From positions 1 through 64,000 of the IMG/VR virus record IMGVR_UViG_3300050343_000191: a DNA stretch of 64,000 nt; one strand, given 5' to 3'. Shown in pieces: positions 58,313 through 64,000 of this stretch (position 1 is its first letter; the number at the start of each line of letters is the position of its first letter). The notes under the pieces were generated by a model. The model did no database searches and was not told the origin of the DNA. It saw nothing but the letters and a program-made list of their open reading frames with translations. The translations under genes and the position numbers were made by a program.

Positions 58313-59725
58313 ATGGCAGTCTACGTTAATAATATTACTCTCAACACAGGAGAATATTTTTCCAGAGATTTTTATCTGGATAATATTAATGGCACCCCAT
58401 TAAATCTGTCTGGGTATACGGCAGCATCTCAAATGAGAAAACACCCAGAAAGTGTCAATGCAACAGCAGATTTTAATGTTGGGTTTATAGACAGAGCGAA
58501 CGGAAGAATAAGAGTATCTTTAGCAACTACAACAACAAGATTAGTAAAACCTGGACGATATGTCTGGGATATAATGTTTACTGAGTCAAATCCTTCTGGA
58601 AATAGTGCAGTTTGGACAACTCTTGAAGCAAATAATTATGGATCATATAGAGGATATACAAATAGTTCCTGGTCTACTTTTATGAATACCTATGCGTATT
58701 CTAGAGTTCCACAATCAGGAAATCTTAGTGACGATAGTGATCCCTATGGTGTTAAACAAGATTCCTATCAAGTATTTTTCCCATATGATGGAGTTTATCA
58801 AATAGATGCTGCTGCTGATAATGTTGGTTCTGTAACAATCAATGGAACATCATTCAATGCTGCAGCATTGAATGCAACAAATGTTGGAGTAGGAACCATA
58901 TCTCTTAATAGGGGTGATCATACTGTTGCACTATCACAACAGAATGCGAATAATGGGCTAGGATCTTTCGATGCTAATCCAGTTGGTTTAGCAGTTAGTA
59001 TTACATATGTTGGTGGTACTGGATATGGAAAGAAGAGTATTGTTATAGAAGGGAATGTATTAGCAACACCAGATATCACACCAACTTGTGTGAAAACTGA
59101 TTACACTTACGATAGATTGGGTGTTATCATTGAAACATCATCTGCTGCTGGATCATCACCTGCAGTAAGTGGTCACGATAATATTGGTATTGATGATATC
59201 ACCGATTATGGTGTTGTTCATATGGGCGTGAACTTCAATCAATGCAGTATGTTTGATGCTGGCAGTAGCACTACAAGAGACTTACTTGAGGATGCTTCTT
59301 CTTTATCTAAAATTAATTCCTATATTCAAGCTGGTGGTGTTATTTGGTTAAACACTGAATGGTGGAATGGTGCCGCCACTGGAAGATCTTGTTCTGATAG
59401 AGATAATATCAATGCAATGCTTACACTGCTAGGTACAGAAATAAGGACTACTGTGGACCAAGCATTTATTGGTAATGCTGATAGGTCATCTGAAGTTAGT
59501 ATAATTAATAGTGGATTCCCACTCACAGAAAATCACAATGCTTCCGTAATATTCACAGGAGGAACTCCCGTATATACAATCGAAAGTGGAAACAAAGTAT
59601 TATCCACTTACGAAAAAATAGGTCAAGGTATTTTGTTTGTTCAGGGTGATAGTAATATCTTCCCTGGTCCAGCATATCCAGAAACTTATTATAATGCCCT
59701 TCGTTCTCTGGTTCTAAATAGTTAG
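58313..59725 (+). CDS. Virion structural protein (baseplate/tail-associated-type N-terminus)
   Basis: NLSGYTAASQMRK...PGRYVWDIMF; ATAAATA at 58287-58293. Confidence 0.7.
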   Translation: MAVYVNNITLNTGEYFSRDFYLDNINGTPLNLSGYTAASQMRKHPESVNATADFNVGFIDRANGRIRVSLATTTTRLVKPGRYVWDIMFTESNPSGNSAVWTTLEANNYGSYRGYTNSSWSTFMNTYAYSRVPQSGNLSDDSDPYGVKQDSYQVFFPYDGVYQIDAAADNVGSVTINGTSFNAAALNATNVGVGTISLNRGDHTVALSQQNANNGLGSFDANPVGLAVSITYVGGTGYGKKSIVIEGNVLATPDITPTCVKTDYTYDRLGVIIETSSAAGSSPAVSGHDNIGIDDITDYGVVHMGVNFNQCSMFDAGSSTTRDLLEDASSLSKINSYIQAGGVIWLNTEWWNGAATGRSCSDRDNINAMLTLLGTEIRTTVDQAFIGNADRSSEVSIINSGFPLTENHNASVIFTGGTPVYTIESGNKVLSTYEKIGQGILFVQGDSNIFPGPAYPETYYNALRSLVLNS

Positions 59726-59730
59726 AAAAA

Positions 59731-60324
59731 ATGTCGGCAGTATACGTTCATAATATTACTATAGATAGTGGTACCGACTATGACCAAGAATATGATATGT
59801 TTGAGGTCGGTGGTAAGGTTGTAAATCTTAGTAACTATTCTGCTGCTGCACAAATAAGAAAGCATAGAGGAAGTGCAACTTCTACTAGTTTTGTTATAGG
59901 TTTTACCGATAGAGTAAATGGTAAAATTAATCTTACTATTCCTAACTACACTACAGCAAAACTTAAACCTGGAAGATATATTTACGATATTCTTTTTACA
60001 AAACCAAATGGTGGCAAGGAAATCGTTCTTGAGGGTAGTGTAAGAGTTAGAGCAGGCATTTCAACTGGTTGCTCATTCTCAACTCCCAGTAGTGCTCAGA
60101 GACTTTGTATTGGTGTGATTGATGAAAGTAATAGTCAATCAGTATCTGGAATGTCTACAAAATGGGCACAGTTTAGATCTACATATCCAAATAGAATATT
60201 CTACCTACTACAACCAACCACTGTTGGTTTTGGTGTGAGTGTCAATAGTACAAATTATGATACGTTGAGATGCCCAAGTAATTTCTTGACAGAAACCACC
60301 GTAAACGTTCCACCTCTTATCTGA
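59731..60324 (+). CDS. Virion structural protein, paralog of the preceding N-terminal domain
   Basis: NLSNYSAAAQIRK...PGRYIYDILF...IVLEGSV. Confidence 0.7.
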   Translation: MSAVYVHNITIDSGTDYDQEYDMFEVGGKVVNLSNYSAAAQIRKHRGSATSTSFVIGFTDRVNGKINLTIPNYTTAKLKPGRYIYDILFTKPNGGKEIVLEGSVRVRAGISTGCSFSTPSSAQRLCIGVIDESNSQSVSGMSTKWAQFRSTYPNRIFYLLQPTTVGFGVSVNSTNYDTLRCPSNFLTETTVNVPPLI

Positions 60325-60325
60325 T

Positions 60326-61645
60326 ATGACTTTTAACTGGCCAGACATACCGTTTTCGGGAACAGAAGTTGATGCTTTCGTTGTAGAGTATAAGGCACTT
60401 GCACAGGCAATCATTGATGATTATGATAACTATGATGTCAATCTAGGTAGAGTTAAGTTGCCATTCAAACATAGAGAAGATGTAAAAATATTTTTAGAAT
60501 ACGGATTGACTTATGCCGCGTTTGCGGTAAAGCAGAGAGCAGGTAATAGTGGTCCAGGAGGAGATTTTCAACTGAGTAACAGTCCATTAAGTCTTATATT
60601 ACCACCTATGGTTATAGAAAGATTGATAGACGATACTGGTCCTAATAGTGACGACAACGCCAGAAAAGAATGTTTTGAAAATAATGCGAATGGTAATAAC
60701 CCTGATGGGTCATCAAGTGACCCAGACAGTGGAGAGAACTTAAATCCTTTAGAATGGTATATTGATGAAGTTGGAGATAATATCGATGATTTAATTACTG
60801 ATGAGTGTCCACCAGTAACCAACATAATAAATGAAACTAAAAATAATAATGAAGAAGAAACTTGTCTAGATGCACTTTTATCAGGATTTTTCAGTGGTTT
60901 TAGTAACGCATTTTCGGGAGTAAGATTTGCTGGTGCTTACTTATCAGCATTAACATTTAAATTCGTTCACCGATATATTATAGGAACAGGTGGTGTATAT
61001 ACACTTTCAGATCTTCACTCAGAAATAAATCCAAATGCTGGAGTATGGATGCGAGAAGATATTATAAGTGCTTTAAATAAACAAAATCTTCCCCTTGCAG
61101 CAAATTTAAGTGCAACAGACAAAGCAAATTATGGGATGGATCCGAATGGAAATGCTTATGTACTAAATGGTGTGATTGCTCCTGGTTTTAAAAACTCTCT
61201 GGGAAATTTTACAGTAATTACTGATGGTACAGAAAATACATTAACAATACCATTTGGAGGAGAACAAAGAATAGTTTTATTAGAAAATGGACTAACTAAT
61301 ATTAGTCAAATAAAACAAGTCAGAGATGACTATGGATTTAATGATTATGGATATACAAATGAAAGAGCATATGTACAAGGAAATATGCCTGGAGATCCAA
61401 TACCAGATGATCAAATAAAATCCGGAACTGAATGGATAGATGAAAATACATCTCCTTGCGAAGCTTCATCATATACACAAAACAGAGATAATAGTGATAA
61501 TCCAAAATGGAATTATACAGATATTTCAGCATATATTAGATATATAATCGCATCAAATCATGGTGTAGGTAGAGTAGATCCTAATGGATATATAAATGCG
61601 CCCTGTGTCGGAAAACCTTTTGCAGTTCATTTTGATTGGAGATAA
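60326..61645 (+). CDS. Hypothetical protein
   Basis: 439 aa acidic Asn-rich ORF, no recognised motif. Confidence 0.7.
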   Translation: MTFNWPDIPFSGTEVDAFVVEYKALAQAIIDDYDNYDVNLGRVKLPFKHREDVKIFLEYGLTYAAFAVKQRAGNSGPGGDFQLSNSPLSLILPPMVIERLIDDTGPNSDDNARKECFENNANGNNPDGSSSDPDSGENLNPLEWYIDEVGDNIDDLITDECPPVTNIINETKNNNEEETCLDALLSGFFSGFSNAFSGVRFAGAYLSALTFKFVHRYIIGTGGVYTLSDLHSEINPNAGVWMREDIISALNKQNLPLAANLSATDKANYGMDPNGNAYVLNGVIAPGFKNSLGNFTVITDGTENTLTIPFGGEQRIVLLENGLTNISQIKQVRDDYGFNDYGYTNERAYVQGNMPGDPIPDDQIKSGTEWIDENTSPCEASSYTQNRDNSDNPKWNYTDISAYIRYIIASNHGVGRVDPNGYINAPCVGKPFAVHFDWR

Positions 61646-62475
61646 CAATGAGAACTTCTTACGTCTTAGCATTAAACAACATTGGATTTTCTTTGGGTGA
61701 TCCAGTTATAAAAAACGAAGAAGGAGGACAAGAAACTTTTGTCTCTGCTGGTAGTAGTTTTTATTATATGGATATCCATAAATTTAGTGACACTATGGGA
61801 ATTGATAATGTGGCATCCAGAGGTCATAGAAATGGATTTGGATTTGAAAGTCAGAATGAAAAGGTTTTAGAACTTATGGGAGTATTTCCCCCATTAGATC
61901 CTACTGCTGGTATTGGGACCTGGTCAAACGTTGCTTCTGCTAGTAGTGATACATATCACGTTGGATATAAAACTATACAAAATAATCTAGAGAATGTAAC
62001 AAAAGCAATGTTAATTGCCATATTAGATAATGACGGAAAACGTTCTACCAGTGTAGGAGTAGGAACAACTGCAGCAAAGAAATCAGTATTCTTTAATGCA
62101 ATATCAACCCCTAATGCAAGAAATACATCTATAGCACCTTGGAATGGATGGAATAATCCTGTAGGTGTATGTACTCCAACCTCAGTTTCAAGAAGTAGTA
62201 ATGTTGCTATCGTCACTACAACTCCCGCACACGGATTAAGCACATCATATGATGATTGGGGTATATCGATGAACCTAAATACAGGTATATCTACGTCATT
62301 TAATACTTCAAAGGTTACATATCCCAATGGTGTTCCGATAAAAATTATTGACACAAATACATTCTCATATCAAAATGTTGGTATCAATACGACATCAACA
62401 TCGGTGACTGGAATAGCATCAGTTCATATTGGTTGGGGCGGAACTAGTATAAATCTACGTATGGCAATATCTTAA
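61636..62475 (+). CDS. Hypothetical, probably virion-associated
   Basis: 279 aa; VTTTPAHGL motif resembles the TT..NH modules of tail proteins. Confidence 0.65.
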   Translation: MEITMRTSYVLALNNIGFSLGDPVIKNEEGGQETFVSAGSSFYYMDIHKFSDTMGIDNVASRGHRNGFGFESQNEKVLELMGVFPPLDPTAGIGTWSNVASASSDTYHVGYKTIQNNLENVTKAMLIAILDNDGKRSTSVGVGTTAAKKSVFFNAISTPNARNTSIAPWNGWNNPVGVCTPTSVSRSSNVAIVTTTPAHGLSTSYDDWGISMNLNTGISTSFNTSKVTYPNGVPIKIIDTNTFSYQNVGINTTSTSVTGIASVHIGWGGTSINLRMAIS

Positions 62476-62476
62476 T

Positions 62477-63205
62477 ATGAATATATCCGACTTAAAACAA
62501 AACAATCCTAGACAATACTATGATCTAGTTGCAAGTGGGAAATTATCATATTCCGATGCTGGTGCTCTAGTTTGGGGTAATAGAGTTACGAATGCATTTG
62601 CAGAAGGTTTTCTTGGTGGACCATTTCCGCCAGATTACAGAGCAATAGCAGAACCTTCAGATTTTTCAACACCAACGACATTTGCTGCAAGTGGAGCATA
62701 TCCAAAACCTTGGAGAAGTTACGCTCAAAGAACACAGAATGCTATTTACACAAACGTTGGACCTTATGCAGCATTAGTTGGATGGTCTGATGCAGATACA
62801 ATATGTGATTTAAAAAATAAGACAAATAATATAAAACAATCTAGATTATGGGGAAGATGGGGTGTAGCAACATCGGGACCTAATAGTGGACAAGGTGCAT
62901 TCTTTATGCAAGATTGGCATACTCCCTCTGAAGGACCAAATAATGCACACTATTATAATACTCAAGCATCACCAGATCCAGAATGGCAGTTACGTGTAGA
63001 TTGGTGGGAGTCTATAACCAAAAAAACAATCTTTACTAGATTTGAAAATACTGGATTAATTTGTCAAATTGAAGTTGCATATAAACATTTGGCGTTTGAT
63101 GATGTTGGATATTATCAAGGTCCCGATATTAATGGAATTGCAGATGCCAGTTATGATTTATTAGTTGCCATGGTAGCGTTAGCAGTAGCAATAAGGTGGT
63201 TATAA
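62477..63205 (+). CDS. Hypothetical protein
   Basis: 242 aa Trp/Tyr-rich ORF with hydrophobic C-terminus. Confidence 0.65.
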   Translation: MNISDLKQNNPRQYYDLVASGKLSYSDAGALVWGNRVTNAFAEGFLGGPFPPDYRAIAEPSDFSTPTTFAASGAYPKPWRSYAQRTQNAIYTNVGPYAALVGWSDADTICDLKNKTNNIKQSRLWGRWGVATSGPNSGQGAFFMQDWHTPSEGPNNAHYYNTQASPDPEWQLRVDWWESITKKTIFTRFENTGLICQIEVAYKHLAFDDVGYYQGPDINGIADASYDLLVAMVALAVAIRWL

Positions 63206-64000
63206 ATGCCAAGACCCAGTTTAAGCAATAGAGGTAATTTTAAAGCATACCTACGCCACTTCAAAAGAAAATTTAATAGCAATCTTCAAAAACTTCCAGA
63301 GTATTGGATTGATGCTATCCTATCATCAAAGGCAGCAGGAATTAGCACATCCGCTGACGTTAATGTTATTATATTTGATAACAAAGATACTGTTGATATT
63401 ACAAGTGCCTCCAACAATAACGAACTAATTTATATTCCAGCAATTGCTGGTGATGAGATTAGTCTGAAGATTGGTTCATCTGTAGTAACATTAAGTTTTG
63501 ATGCTGAGGGTGATCCAGTAACATTCAAAGGAACCACCTACGGTATTAATGATACAATACCTGCAAATATAGGTGGGAAAAACTTAGTAGTAAAAGGACT
63601 TGGTGGAGCATTACTTCAACCATCATCAGCACCATCATATAGTGTTGGTATATCAACAAACTCTGTAAATGAAGGCAGTTCTGTAGATATTACAGTTAAT
63701 ACAACCGATGTTGGTGCTGGAACTACACTATTCTATAGTACTAATACCACCACAGCATCTGCTGCAGATTTTGTAGACAACTCTTTAACTGGATCTTTTG
63801 TTGTTGTTGGCACTGGGTCAACAACTGGTATTGCAACAATAACAAGATCTATTACATCTGATGCAATTAGTGAATCAACTGAAAAGTTTATAATAGAAAT
63901 TAGAGAAGGATCTACATCTGGAACAAAAGTTACAGAAACTCAAAATATATCAATCAAAAGTGTTGACTCATATTATACAATAACTGAAAGTGCCGCATCA
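63206..64000 (+). CDS. Structural protein, runs off window end; Calx-beta-like repeat
   Basis: ATG 63206 MPRPSLSNRGNF...SVNEGSSVDITVNTTDV...ADF...AISESTEKFIIEI. Confidence 0.7.
   Translation, partial: MPRPSLSNRGNFKAYLRHFKRKFNSNLQKLPEYWIDAILSSKAAGISTSADVNVIIFDNKDTVDITSASNNNELIYIPAIAGDEISLKIGSSVVTLSFDAEGDPVTFKGTTYGINDTIPANIGGKNLVVKGLGGALLQPSSAPSYSVGISTNSVNEGSSVDITVNTTDVGAGTTLFYSTNTTTASAADFVDNSLTGSFVVVGTGSTTGIATITRSITSDAISESTEKFIIEIREGSTSGTKVTETQNISIKSVDSYYTITESAAS

Overview
This 64-kb window comes from a T4-like marine cyanomyophage, most likely infecting Synechococcus (psbA, psbD, petE, petF, two hli, talC, pstS, a gnd-like gene, TAAATA late promoters, sigma70-type early promoters). Layout: 1-23.6 kb, minus-strand virion/tail-fibre-like genes, including a subtilisin-family protease and three 2OG-Fe(II) oxygenases. 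23.7-30.8 kb, HNH nuclease plus photosynthesis and carbon auxiliary genes. 30.8-44.7 kb, glycosylation island (GDP-fucose synthesis, several fucosyl/glycosyltransferases, methyltransferases, a SIS/nucleotidyltransferase-kinase/HAD trio) containing a repeated-hairpin RNA and terminator upstream of the gmd block. 44.7-50.9 kb, small genes, pstS, an outer-membrane-like protein and five tRNAs. 51-53 kb, three plus-strand genes with signal-peptide-like N-termini. 53-58 kb, small hypothetical, nuclease and peptidase genes. 58.3-64 kb, plus-strand structural-type genes. At least five genes are broken by single-base indels, which may be sequencing errors. The best leads are the manA/wcaG-like RNA with its terminator, a promoter-driven pseudoknot-like small RNA at about 45.0 kb, the glycosylation pathway, and the secreted-type three-gene cassette whose third gene has no nearby start codon. 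All family calls come from motif recognition by eye; no database searches were run.
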